From: Octopus sinensis
Taxonomy: Eukaryota
Reading direction: 5' to 3'
Assembly (NCBI RefSeq): GCF_006345805.1
Contig: NC_042999.1
Coordinates: 115,010,001-115,074,000, forward strand
Length of the DNA stretch: 64,000 bases
This document shows, piece after piece, positions 25,000 to 36,140 of the stretch. Every line of letters starts with the position of its first letter. The stretch's first letter is position 1. The notes below the pieces were generated by a model. That model made no database searches and was not told the origin of the DNA. It saw only the letters and a program-made list of their open reading frames with translations. The translations under genes were made by a program, and so were the position numbers.

Positions 25000-26950
25000 T
25001 ATGTGAGCCAGGGTAAGTCTAAATGCACCGAAAAATAATACAGTTTATATTACCAGACATTAAATAGAATACTTAATAAAATCTTCCAACGCAGAGTTTC
25101 TCTTTCATACTGTTTTCACTGAATAGGGATATTAAATTCAAAAAATAACAATGACCTCCTGATGAAACTAAATGCTGATCCATGGAAAATAATAACTCTA
25201 GAAAATTATTTATTCACCCTGACAAAATAAAGATGTCTTTATAAAATTAACCACATACCATCTAAGTGTGTCTACTTTCATCATGTATGCTTATAAGAAA
25301 TCAAATTTGTACACTCCAAACGAGATCAAAATTCAGAACCAGATTATTGACTTAGATTCAAATGTAGATAACAGAACAGAGCCGCTTGCTTTTATACAGT
25401 CATATTTTAAATCTAAGGATCACAAAGAAAACTCCGAGTAAAAAACTAAAATAGGATGATAAATACACTAATAAATGATTGAGGTGTTATCAGTAAACAT
25501 ATAGTAGATAAATTTTACAACTAAAATGATAAAAGCATCGCCAATACTCCGATAAAATAACTCATTTGCTGTTCTAGAATGTTTTAGAATGATACATCTG
25601 TCTTCCTCCAATAAAACACTGAATTTCTACATCTCTACGTATCATTAATCCCTAAATCATTATGCACAAATTCTCTAATTTTGCTAAAAAAAAATTAGAA
25701 ATACTACGGTCGATGACATTAGAAAAGCTATACTGAGAAATAATCAATCTGTTCAGATTTTTAAATGGTTAGGCCATTTTAAAATCTCCAACGCAACTTC
25801 TGATATCTGTGTGGGCGTCAAAGATTCCGCTGAAATTAGTAATCTCAAAATTCGATGCCAACTAACCAACTTTAAAACAAGTTCTCTAAACTGAAGAAGG
25901 ATTTTATAGAGATGGTAACCTCTTTTCAGGTAATGTTAATCCGCAAGATCCGCAAGAGATGGATAAATTCAAAAAATACACAGTCTGTTCTTCAAAAGTT
26001 ATTAACTTCAAATAAAAAACATTAACCTTACCTCTAGTGCTCTATACTGCAATTCAAATGAAACATTAAACTATATACACTGGCTATCTGACAATCCAAA
26101 TATCATTATTAATGGCTTAGTCCAGATCATCTCTCTTGGGCTTTCCAAATTAACCGCCAATAAAGTTTTTTTTTTTTTTTACCTTAGTTAAATAATATTA
26201 CACTCATTCAAAAATATAAATGCAAAAACAATCATGTACAAGGAAGGCAACTCTAGAAAAACAACCGCAGTAACAAAAAAAGAAATGTCATTTGGTATAA
26301 CCCTCTTTTTCAGTTTACCTGTAAAATCCTAATACTTCACAATTTCTTTACTTTATCCAGAAACACCGAATATTACAAAATCTTCAAGAAAAACATCACT
26401 AAAACTTTTTGTACCTTGTCTCATCTAAACTACAGTTTCGTACCTCATCTAAACTATCTAAATTAAACCAAATTACAACTAACCGATGACCCGTAATTCC
26501 AACTGTACAATTTAATTTCTTTTTAAATATTAGTTGTTTATATAAAATGTAATATAAATCCACAGTATACAAACTAACAATCCTACTAAAGCATACATTT
26601 GCTTCATTTCGAACCCATTTACATCACGATTTAACCATTTAACCAGTATACAGTTACAGGTGCAAAGATATCTCAATAGTGGAAATAGAAAAACCTACGC
26701 TTTATGAACTACTGACGGCTGTGTTTTCGTTTTATACAGCATTCATCTGCAATTGACATTCAGAAAAAAATTTCTTATCGACAACGTTAAATGCAAAAAA
26801 TGGCTTAAAATATACATTAAGATATACTATTCTACTAACGATTAAACATTGACCTGTATATTGAATGACCACCCACCTTCTACACCAAAATAGTATAATA
26901 TCTCCAAATGATCCCCTTGTGTTCATCCCCTCAAAAGTTTGTCAGACATA
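25000..26950 (+). mobile_element. Decayed, near-full-length Penelope-like element (RT + GIY-YIG)
   Basis: Across stops and frameshifts: KSKDHKENS, SDICVGVKDSAEISNL (cf. FDVTMGSYDGAEVCEL), GFYRDG (YRDD), LNYIHWLSDNPNII (YIH..SNHP), KRNVIWYNPLF (RKIIWFNPPF). Confidence 0.8.
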
Positions 26951-27014
26951 TTTTAATAATTTAGATTCACATTGCACCATTAACATTCATTTCCTAATAT
27001 ATTTTATGTCATTT

Positions 27015-27165
27015 ACGTTCTGATTTCAAATTCCGCCGAGGTCGACTTTGCCTTTTATCATTTCAGGGTCGACAAATTAAGTACCAGTTACGTACTGGGA
27101 TCAATCTAATCGACTGGCCCCTTCCCCAAAAATTTCGGGCCTTGTGCCTAGAGAAGAAAAGAATA
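27015..27165 (+). mobile_element. SINE family B, 5'-truncated
   Basis: ttcaaattccgccgaggtcgactttgcc..taagtaccagttac. Confidence 0.9.
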
Positions 27166-27592
27166 TATTTTATGTTGTGATTTGCTTTTATATATTATAC
27201 AGTTATAGTTTATTCATAATGTCTTAAATTCTCTCCAAGTATATTTTTACGCTCTATAAATTTTATCCTTATGTCTATTCTTATTATTCCATATTTCTTT
27301 GTGCGTCCGTCTGAAAATGAATCTGTCCGAATGCGAGCATACTTGGATATGTTAACACTGATACCCTCCCATTAAACGAAGACTAACACCTCCTAATCAT
27401 CTCGCCCTTAATTCTCTACCTCCCATATATATAAGAAAAAAGTCAGGCAATAAATTTACTAATTTACTTTGGAAAACATGTTGCTTCAGAAACTTAACAA
27501 TTAACTAACATACAACACCACCTCGCATGGGTTCCATGCAAATACCTACTAACTACATCTTAAAAGCGACCTCACTAATACAATTAATATTA

Positions 27593-27805
27593 GTTTCAAT
27601 TTTGGACACAAGGCCATAAATTTCAGGGGAGGAGGTAAATCGATTACATCGACCCCAGTGCTTAATTAGTACTTATTTTATCGAATCCGAACGGACGAAA
27701 GACAAGGTCGACCTCGACGGAATTTGAACTCAGAACGTAGCAACAGACGAAATGCCGCTAAACATTTTGCCCGGCGTGATAACGATTCTGCCAGCTCGCC
27801 GCCTT
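27593..27805 (-). mobile_element. SINE family B, full length
   Basis: Ends ..gattctgccagctcgccgcctt. Confidence 0.92.
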
Positions 27806-28013
27806 TAATACACTTAGTATTATTGTTTATCTCAAATAAATTTTAATTGATCAATATACTCTGAGTATATGAAATATAAACGGTCCCTATAATTCTTTAA
27901 AATCTGTTCAATGAGTTGCTTTCCTAGCTTTTATTGTCTTCCTATTCTTTTCTATCTTTCGTGTGTGTAACTAATGAGAGAGGGGAATCTTTTCATTTTC
28001 GTCGCCTGGACGT

Positions 28014-28218
28014 CAGATTTTTCTAGTTAACTAAATAATTTGAAACTTCGTGTACTGGTAGAGTGTCTCAAAACAAAACACTAATTCCAATTTGTTTATT
28101 TGAGAAAAATCTATTTTATGACTTTAATCGTAGATTAAATCTGCGAATTTTAACCAATCATATTGTTTGTTTTCATATGTAATACTTTACTGCATTCTCT
28201 TAGTGTGACGTAGAAAGC
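28014..28218 (+). mobile_element. Solo arm of the long-TIR element family at 40970-42041
   Basis: cagatttttctagttaactaaataatttgaaacttcg..ttaaatctgcgaattttaaccaatcatattg shared with 40990-41205. Confidence 0.8.
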
Positions 28219-29360
28219 TTAATAAAATCTGTGCACAGTTTGGAAATTATTAACTAAGACGAGCAAATTATATTTCCGTCGTCTTAAATTTCGTTTTCGC
28301 TTCGAAAAATAATTTCTGTAACGTCGAGAGGTTCACATAATTCTGTCATTTACATTATTATCATTACAGCCTTAAAGTAAATCTTTGTCAATTTTCCGTT
28401 TTACCAGTGCCTCATTAAGAAGAGAACACGTGCGGAGGTCTGACTGTATTTTATTTAATTTCTGTTTAAAATTTTATACAAAACTAATAATTTTACAAAC
28501 AATTTTTAAAATGGCTAGTCTAGGTGAATTGTTTAGGTTTTCGCTTATTATTTACAATAACATACGTGAAATGTAAACAACTCGAAATAATGTAAACACT
28601 GAATCGGCCATACATACATACACACACACACATACATACACACACATACATACACATACATACACACACACATACATATATACATACACACATGCATTTT
28701 CGTATGTGTGTGTTTACGTGTAGTTCTGGGACTTTTTTGTTTTGTTATATTATCGATCGCGAACTTCCCGATTCTACATTTTCCGTCAAAGTGACCCTGC
28801 ACAGGTTTATTACTTAGTCCTAAACCAACCCTTTTCAAAGAGAACAATGACGAAAGGCTTTCCCAACTCAACCGTGACCATCACTTTTTCGAGTATCTAA
28901 CACTACATTATCGCACAGTCCCCTTTTTACAAAGGTTAGCAGTGAATATTTAGCTTCTATTTCTAGCAGGATAGGCAGTCGCTGTGTCTCGTCTTTCTTC
29001 CATTCCTTTTTTAAGGTGGTTTGGGAGTGGTTGGAGCTAAATAGCTGCTATTTCAAGCCGAACAAACAACCGCTTTGTCGCGTCTTTCACCCCCGTTTTA
29101 AAGATAGCTAGAAGTGGTGTAGATTTGACTGCTATTTCTAGCAACTGTGTCTGTCTCATATTTCTTTCCTTCTCAGCAGTAAGCAGTAATTGATTCTACA
29201 ACATAGAGGTTACTGGAGTGATTTCTATTGGAACTTTATGTTGTTATTTAACTCAAGGTCAACCTGATCGAAGAAAACCCACGATGATAAGACAATCTCA
29301 CTGTAATCTGTTCATTTTTTTTTTCCTGCAGGCATAAATTTCTGTATAACCGATAGTAGT

Positions 29361-32300
29361 GTGACATTTGAGAGAATTAACTGGCTGCTATTTCTATTTG
29401 CATTTGCATCACAAATTGTAACATCCTGCTTGCATACATGTATCATGCTTCAAAATGTATTACACACCTGTTGTACAATTGCAGTCCTGCTATGGACTCT
29501 TCTTCTATTCTTTGCATTTGCATCACAAATTGTAACATCCTGCTTGCATACATGTATCATGCTTCAAAATGTATTACACACCTGTTGTACAATTGCAATC
29601 CTGCTATGGACTCTTCTTCTATTCTTTGCATTTGCATCACAAATTCTAACATCCTGCTTGCATATATGTATCATGCTTCAAAATGTATTACACACCTGTT
29701 GTAGAATTGCAGTGCGGCCATGGACTCTTCTTCTATTCTTTGCATTTGCATCACAAATTGTAACATCCTGCTTGCATACATGTATCATGCTTCAAAATGT
29801 ATTACACACCTGTTGTACAATTGCAATCCTGCTATGGACTCTTCTTCTATTCTTTGCATTTGCATCACAAATTGTAACATCCTGCTTGCATATATGTATC
29901 ATGCTTCAAAATGTATTACACACCTGTTGTACAATTGCAGTGCGGCCATGGACTCTTCTTCTATTCTTTGCATTTGCATCACAAATTGTAACATCCTGCT
30001 TGCATACATGTATCATGCTTCAAAATGTATTACACACCTGTTGTACAATTGCAGTCCTGCTATGGACTCTTCTTCTATTCTTTGCATTTGCATCACAAAT
30101 TCTAATATCCTGCTTGCATACATGTATCATGCTTCAAAATGTATTACACACCTGTTGTACAATTGCAGTGCGGCCATGGACTCTTCTTCTATTCTTTGCA
30201 TTTGCATCACAAATTCTAACATCCTGCTTGCATACATGTATCATGCTTCAAAATGTACTACACACCTGTTGTACAATTGCAGTCCTGCTATGGACTCTTC
30301 TTCTATTCTTTGCATTTGCATCACAAATTCTAACATCCTGCTTGCATACATGTATCATGCTTCAAAATGTATTACACACCTGTTGTACAATTGCAGTCCT
30401 GCTATGGACTCTTCTTCTATTCTTTGCATTTGCATCACAAATTGTAACATCCTGCTTGCATATATGTATCATGCTTCAAAATGTATTACACACCTGTTGT
30501 ACAATTGCAGTCCTGCTATGGACTCTTCTTCTATTCTTTGCATTTGCATCACAAATTGTAACATCCTGCTTGCATACATGTATCATGCTTCAAAATGTAT
30601 TACACACCTGTTGTACAATTGCAGTCCTGCTATGGACTCTTCTTCTATTCTTTGCATTTGCATCACAAATTGTAACATCCTGCTTGCATACATGTATCAT
30701 GCTTCAAAATGTATTACACACCTGTTGTACAATTGCAGTCCTGCCATGGACTCTTCTTCTATTCTTTGCATTTGCATCACAAATTCTAACATCCTGCTTG
30801 CATACATGTATCATGCTTCAAAATGTATTACACACCTGTTGTACAATTGCAGTCCTGCCATGGACTCTTCTTCTATTCTTTGCATTTGCATCACAAATTC
30901 TAACATCCTGCTTGCATACATGTATCATGCTTCAAAATGTATTACACACCTGTTGTACAATTGCAGTCCTGCCATGGACTCTTCTTCTATTCTTTGCATT
31001 TGCATCACAAATTCTAACATCCTGCTTGCATATATGTATCATGCTTCAAAATGTATTACACACCTGTTGTACAATTGCAGTCCTGCTATGGACTCTTCTT
31101 CTATTCTTTGCATTTGCATCACAAATTGTAACATCCTGCTTGCATACATGTATCATGCTTCAAAATGTATTACACACCTGTTGTACAATTGCAGTCCTGC
31201 TATGGACTCTTCTTCTATTCTTTGCATTTGCATCACAAATTCTAACATCCTGCTTGCATATATGTATCATGCTTCAAAATGTATTACACACCTGTTGTAC
31301 AATTGCAGTCCTGCTATGGACTCTTCTTCTATTCTTTGCATTTGCATCACAAATTCTAACATCTTGCTTGCATACATGTATCATGCTTCAAAATGTATTA
31401 CACACCTGTTGTACAATTGCAGTCCTGCTATGGACTCTTCTTCTATTCTTTGCATTTGCATCACAAATTGTAACATCCTGCTTGCATATATGTATCATGC
31501 TTCAAAATGTATTACACACCTGTTGTACAATTGCAGTGCGGCCATGGACTCTTCTTCTATTCTTTGCATTTGCATCACAAATTCTAACATCCTGCTTGCA
31601 TACATGTATCATGCTTCAAAATGTATTACACACCTGTTGTACAATTGCAGTCATGCTATGGACTCTTCTTCTATTCTTTGCATTTGCATCACAAATTGTA
31701 ACATCCTGCTTGCATACATGTATCATGCTTCAAAATGTATTACACACCAGTTGTACAATTGCAATCCTGCTATGGACTCTTCTTCTATTCTTTGCATTTG
31801 CATCACAAATTGTAACATCCTGCTTGCATACATGTATCATGCTTCAAAATGTATTACACACCTGTTGTACAATTGCAGTCCTGCTATGGACTCTTCTTCT
31901 ATTCTTTGCATTTGCATCACAAATTCTAACATCCTGCTTGCATACATGTATCATGCTTCAAAATGTATTACACACCTGTTGTACAATTGCAGTCCTGCTA
32001 TGGACTCTTCTTCTATTCTTTGCATTTGCATCACAAATTCTAACATCCTGCTTGCATACATGTATCATGCTTCAAAATGTATTACACACCTGTTGTACAA
32101 TTGCAGTCCTGCTATGGACTCTTCTTCTATTCTTTGCATTTGCATCACAAATTGTAACATCCTGCTTGCATACATGTATCATGCTTCAAAATGTATTACA
32201 CACCTGTTGTACAATTGCAGTCCTGCTATGGACTCTTCTTCTATTCTTTGCATTTGCATCACAAATTCTAATATCCTGCTTGCATACATGTATCATGCTT

Positions 32301-33614
32301 CAAAATGTATTACACACCTGTTGTACAATTGCAGTCCTGCTATGGACTCTTCTTCTATTCTTTGCATTTGCATCACAAATTCTAACATCCTGCTTGCATA
32401 CATGTATCATGCTTCAAAATGTATTACACACCTGTTGTACAATTGCAGTCCTGCTATGGACTCTTCTTCTATTCTTTGCATTTGCATCACAAATTCTAAC
32501 ATCCTGCTTGCATACATGTATCATGCTTCAAAATGTATTACACACCTGTTGTACAATTGCAGTCCTGCTATGGACTCTTCTTCTATTCTTTGCATTTGCA
32601 TTACAAATTCTAACATCCTGCTTGCATACATGTATCATGCTTCAAAATGTATTACACACCTGTTGTACAATTGCAGTCCTGCTATGGACTCTTCTTCTAT
32701 TCTTTGCATTTGCATCACAAATTCTAACATCCTGCTTGCATACATGTATCATGCTTCAAAATGTATTACACACCTGTTGTACAATTGCAGTCCTGCTATG
32801 GACTCTTCTTCTATTCTTTGCATTTGCATCACAAATTGTAACATCCTGCTTGCATATATGTATCATGCTTCAAAATGTATTACACACCTGTTGTACAATT
32901 GCAATCCTGCTATGGACTCTTCTTCTATTCTTTGCATTTGCATCACAAATTGTAACATCCTGCTTGCATACATGTATCATGCTTCAAAATGTATTACACA
33001 CCTGTTGTACAATTGCAATCCTGCTATGGACTCTTCTTCTATTCTTTGCATTTGCATCACAAATTGTAACATCCTGCTTGCATACATGTATCATGCTTCA
33101 AAATGTATTACACACCTGTTGTACAATTGCAGTCCTGCTATGGACTCTTCTTCTATTCTTTGCATTTGCATCACAAATTCTAACATCCTGCTTGCATATA
33201 TGTATCATGCTTCAAAATGTATTACACACCTGTTGCACAGTTGCTGTCCTGCCATGGACTCTTCTTCTATTCTTTGCATTTGCATCACAAATTCTAACAT
33301 CCTGCTTGCATATATGTATCATGCTTCAAAATGTATTACACACCTGTTGCACAATTGCTGTCCTGCCATGGACTCTTCTTCTATTCTTTGCATTTGCATC
33401 ACAAATTCTAACATCCTGCTTGCATATATGTATCATGCTTCAAAATGTATTACACACCTGTTGTACAATTGCAGTGCGGCCATGGACTCTTCTTCTATTC
33501 TTTGCATTTGCATCACAAATTGTAACATCCTGCATTAAAATTGATTTACTCTTTATTTGGTTTTGTTTCTGCTTTTGTTTACATTGTGTGCATGCCTTGT
33601 TATGGTTTATGTGA
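29361..33614 (+). CDS. Hypothetical 1417-aa repeat ORF, possibly non-coding read-through of the array
   Basis: Open frame spanning the whole array; acceptor-like ttttttttttcctgcAG at 29330-29331 leads into this frame; no recognisable domain and no clear synonymous bias among variants. Confidence 0.15.
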   Translation: MTFERINWLLFLFAFASQIVTSCLHTCIMLQNVLHTCCTIAVLLWTLLLFFAFASQIVTSCLHTCIMLQNVLHTCCTIAILLWTLLLFFAFASQILTSCLHICIMLQNVLHTCCRIAVRPWTLLLFFAFASQIVTSCLHTCIMLQNVLHTCCTIAILLWTLLLFFAFASQIVTSCLHICIMLQNVLHTCCTIAVRPWTLLLFFAFASQIVTSCLHTCIMLQNVLHTCCTIAVLLWTLLLFFAFASQILISCLHTCIMLQNVLHTCCTIAVRPWTLLLFFAFASQILTSCLHTCIMLQNVLHTCCTIAVLLWTLLLFFAFASQILTSCLHTCIMLQNVLHTCCTIAVLLWTLLLFFAFASQIVTSCLHICIMLQNVLHTCCTIAVLLWTLLLFFAFASQIVTSCLHTCIMLQNVLHTCCTIAVLLWTLLLFFAFASQIVTSCLHTCIMLQNVLHTCCTIAVLPWTLLLFFAFASQILTSCLHTCIMLQNVLHTCCTIAVLPWTLLLFFAFASQILTSCLHTCIMLQNVLHTCCTIAVLPWTLLLFFAFASQILTSCLHICIMLQNVLHTCCTIAVLLWTLLLFFAFASQIVTSCLHTCIMLQNVLHTCCTIAVLLWTLLLFFAFASQILTSCLHICIMLQNVLHTCCTIAVLLWTLLLFFAFASQILTSCLHTCIMLQNVLHTCCTIAVLLWTLLLFFAFASQIVTSCLHICIMLQNVLHTCCTIAVRPWTLLLFFAFASQILTSCLHTCIMLQNVLHTCCTIAVMLWTLLLFFAFASQIVTSCLHTCIMLQNVLHTSCTIAILLWTLLLFFAFASQIVTSCLHTCIMLQNVLHTCCTIAVLLWTLLLFFAFASQILTSCLHTCIMLQNVLHTCCTIAVLLWTLLLFFAFASQILTSCLHTCIMLQNVLHTCCTIAVLLWTLLLFFAFASQIVTSCLHTCIMLQNVLHTCCTIAVLLWTLLLFFAFASQILISCLHTCIMLQNVLHTCCTIAVLLWTLLLFFAFASQILTSCLHTCIMLQNVLHTCCTIAVLLWTLLLFFAFASQILTSCLHTCIMLQNVLHTCCTIAVLLWTLLLFFAFALQILTSCLHTCIMLQNVLHTCCTIAVLLWTLLLFFAFASQILTSCLHTCIMLQNVLHTCCTIAVLLWTLLLFFAFASQIVTSCLHICIMLQNVLHTCCTIAILLWTLLLFFAFASQIVTSCLHTCIMLQNVLHTCCTIAILLWTLLLFFAFASQIVTSCLHTCIMLQNVLHTCCTIAVLLWTLLLFFAFASQILTSCLHICIMLQNVLHTCCTVAVLPWTLLLFFAFASQILTSCLHICIMLQNVLHTCCTIAVLPWTLLLFFAFASQILTSCLHICIMLQNVLHTCCTIAVRPWTLLLFFAFASQIVTSCIKIDLLFIWFCFCFCLHCVHALLWFM
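29392..33533. repeat. 114-bp tandem minisatellite, ~36.3 units, no indels
   Basis: Unit ctcttcttctattctttgcatttgcatcacaaatt(g/c)taacatcctgcttgcata(c/t)atgtatcatgcttcaaaatgtattacacacctgttgtacaattgcagtcctgctatgga; 38-aa periodicity in the ORF track. Confidence 0.99.
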
Positions 33615-34919
33615 GGGTTAGAGCTATGGTCTAGAATTGGCAACAGATAGCATACTAAATTGTAAATGGCCACGTTTACTGTATGCTAAACTGGCACTAG
33701 AGATTTAATGAAACCGTTTACCTATCAGAATTTAAGTCATGAAAGGGTTAGTTAGCATTGTCAACACACTTCACATTTCTCTCTGTTTCTGTGGGCAATG
33801 GAATAAAACACTAGATAAGGAGTGGGTCAATATAGTTGACATTATTTCCTCCTATAAAATTTTTGGCTATGTACCTTTCTAAGAAATTCTTATTTGTATT
33901 AATATAAAGTGCGAGCAAGAGAACATCTGCAGGCTTTCCTAAACTGTTAATGTGAATGTAGATGATGTCTTTTTTCAACTTGTGTAAATTAATGTCTGAT
34001 GAGAATGTGATTCCATGTAGAAGCTGCCATTCTGGAGATAAATGATTGGCTAAAATATTTAGTAAAAGGGTTCTAGCTGTGAGACATGTTAAAGATGATG
34101 ATGTGGGCTCAGTTTGATATAGTTTACAGCTTACTAATTCACAGGAATAGTAGTGGGTGTTAGGGGTTTTTTCCCCATGTTTTATTTGAACAATTTGGCT
34201 GGATAAAGGGGGCTGTATCCTTGCCTTTTGCATTCCTTCTGAGACAAGAGCTGTGCCTTCAAAACTGGTAAGATTGACGTAGTTGATCTTGAATAAAATT
34301 TGTGGATGGCTGCAGAGGAAAAAACATGGACAAGGGAATTTCAGAAGGCTGATAATCTGGTAAGAAAGAATTTAATGCTTAGTTTGCAGGTGAATTACAT
34401 GCTACATGATCTTCGAGCCTTTTGTCGCCAGATGCTGTAACATGGTTTGTATCCAATATAATAGTACCACCACTATTGCGATAATGGCCTAATATGTGGT
34501 ACCAGTGTGATAAAATAAGATAATGCAGCAGCAATAACAACATAACTATCTCTCAAGAACCAAAAAATATTCCAAATGAACAAACCAACCCACACTCGAA
34601 CTTCTCTATGAAATAACACAAACTATATACACTCTCTCAGTTCAGTCCATTCCTCACAAGAGGGTACCTTGGCTCTCATCACAACACTGAGAGTGTAAGG
34701 GGTTACTAACTTTGTTCTGCCGACAAATTTCCATTTATTTATTCTTAAGCTTCTCTTACTGCTAGAAACCACCTCTGCCTGGTACTGGCATTTATGTGAA
34801 CAATGTAGACAATTGACAAGTATCAAATGCCACAATACATAAATTCATTATTTATTAAAATTATCTTCAATTGTAGAAGTATCATAATTACTAAATGGTA
34901 ATCGATTAGCATATTCAGG

Positions 34920-36058
34920 GCCATTTAGTCACCTACCAATCTGGTAGACACACTAGTCAAATTGACTACATCCTCACTAGGAAACAGGAAAGACGACTAC
35001 TTGTAAATGCCCAAACCTTCCCAGGTGAAGAATGTACCCCACAATATAGATTAGTAGTTAGCGACTTCAGGATCAGGGCTAAATGGATGCCCAGAAGACG
35101 ACCAGAATGGAGGAGAAGGGTCTGGAAGCTTAAGGATCCTGCAAAAAGAGATTGAGAGACATATTACTCAAAGCTGGGGAAGACAACTGGAGTTTTCTAC
35201 AGGACAACCTTTTGAGGGCTAGTGACGAGATCTGTGGATGGTGCAAAGTCTCCTCTCAACCCAAGGTAACGTAATGGTGGAACAATGTTGTTGACAGGGC
35301 TAGTAAGGAAAAGAAACAGGCTTTGAAGGACTGGAAGACTGGTGATAGCAGGGAATGGTATCAGACTGCCAAAAGGGAAGCTAGGAGATAGGTTTATTTG
35401 GCCAGAGGGGAAGCAGATAAGGAAAATTTTGCCAATGTTCTGCGCCGTGATGACCAAAGACTTGAAGTATTTTCCTGTTGCCAGACAGTGTGTGAGAGAG
35501 AATCACGATGTCCTAGGAGAGAAATGTGTCCTCATGGGTGACGGTTCACTTGCTGCAAAGAGACAGGTTTGGAGACGCCATTATGAAAGTTTGCTAAATA
35601 AAGTGAATGAATGTGAGAAAGAGAGTCAGCCGAATGCCGGCCCAACAGAGGGACCAGCTATCTATCTAAAATTGACGTGCCTTGTAGGTAAAGCAATTAA
35701 GGGTATGAAGACAGGGAAAGCCCCCGGACAATCAGGAATCACCACAGAGATGCTCAAACTATCTAGTGGTGTCGGCTATAGCCTACTCAACTAGGTGATA
35801 CATGAAGGAGTCATACCCAATGACTGGTGTAGCAGCACCATAGTCAACTGCTAACAAAGGTAAAGGTGACGCATTAGATACAAATAATTACAGAGGTATC
35901 AAGTTGTTGGATCAGGTAATGAAGGTCACGGAGAGGGGTATAGCCCAAGTAATTAGGGAGAGAGGCAGTTTAGATGAGATGCAGTTTCAGTTCGTGCCAG
36001 GGGAAAGCACCACTGATGCTATATTTCTGATAAGACAGATGCAGGAGAAATAGCTAGT
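34920..36058 (+). mobile_element. RTE-clade LINE ORF2 fragment (end of APE domain to RT N-terminus), decayed
   Basis: SQIDYILTRK..PGEECTPQ, WKLKDPA, KAIKGMKTGKAPGQSGITTEMLK, NNYRGIKLLDQVMKVTER, STTDAIFLIRQMQEK. Confidence 0.93.
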
Positions 36059-36140
36059 CCAAGCCAAGCCAAGCCAAGCCAAGCCAAGCCAAGCCAAGCC
36101 AAGCCGAGCCAAGCCAAGCCAAGCCGAGCCAAGCCAAGCC
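36059..36140. repeat. (AAGCC)n pentanucleotide array, ~16 units
   Basis: Read directly. Confidence 0.97.

Noticed and set aside
26030-26460. Apparent minus-strand microexons (YRALE, DSLDE) and glycoprotein-like N-x-S/T-rich frames on +
   Set aside because: The region is colinear with Penelope-like RT motifs on the + strand.
29392-33533. CRISPR-like, C2H2 zinc-finger, ankyrin or reflectin interpretation of the array
   Set aside because: There are no unique spacers; the period is 38 aa rather than 28 or 33; no C-x2-C..H-x3-H or reflectin motif is present.
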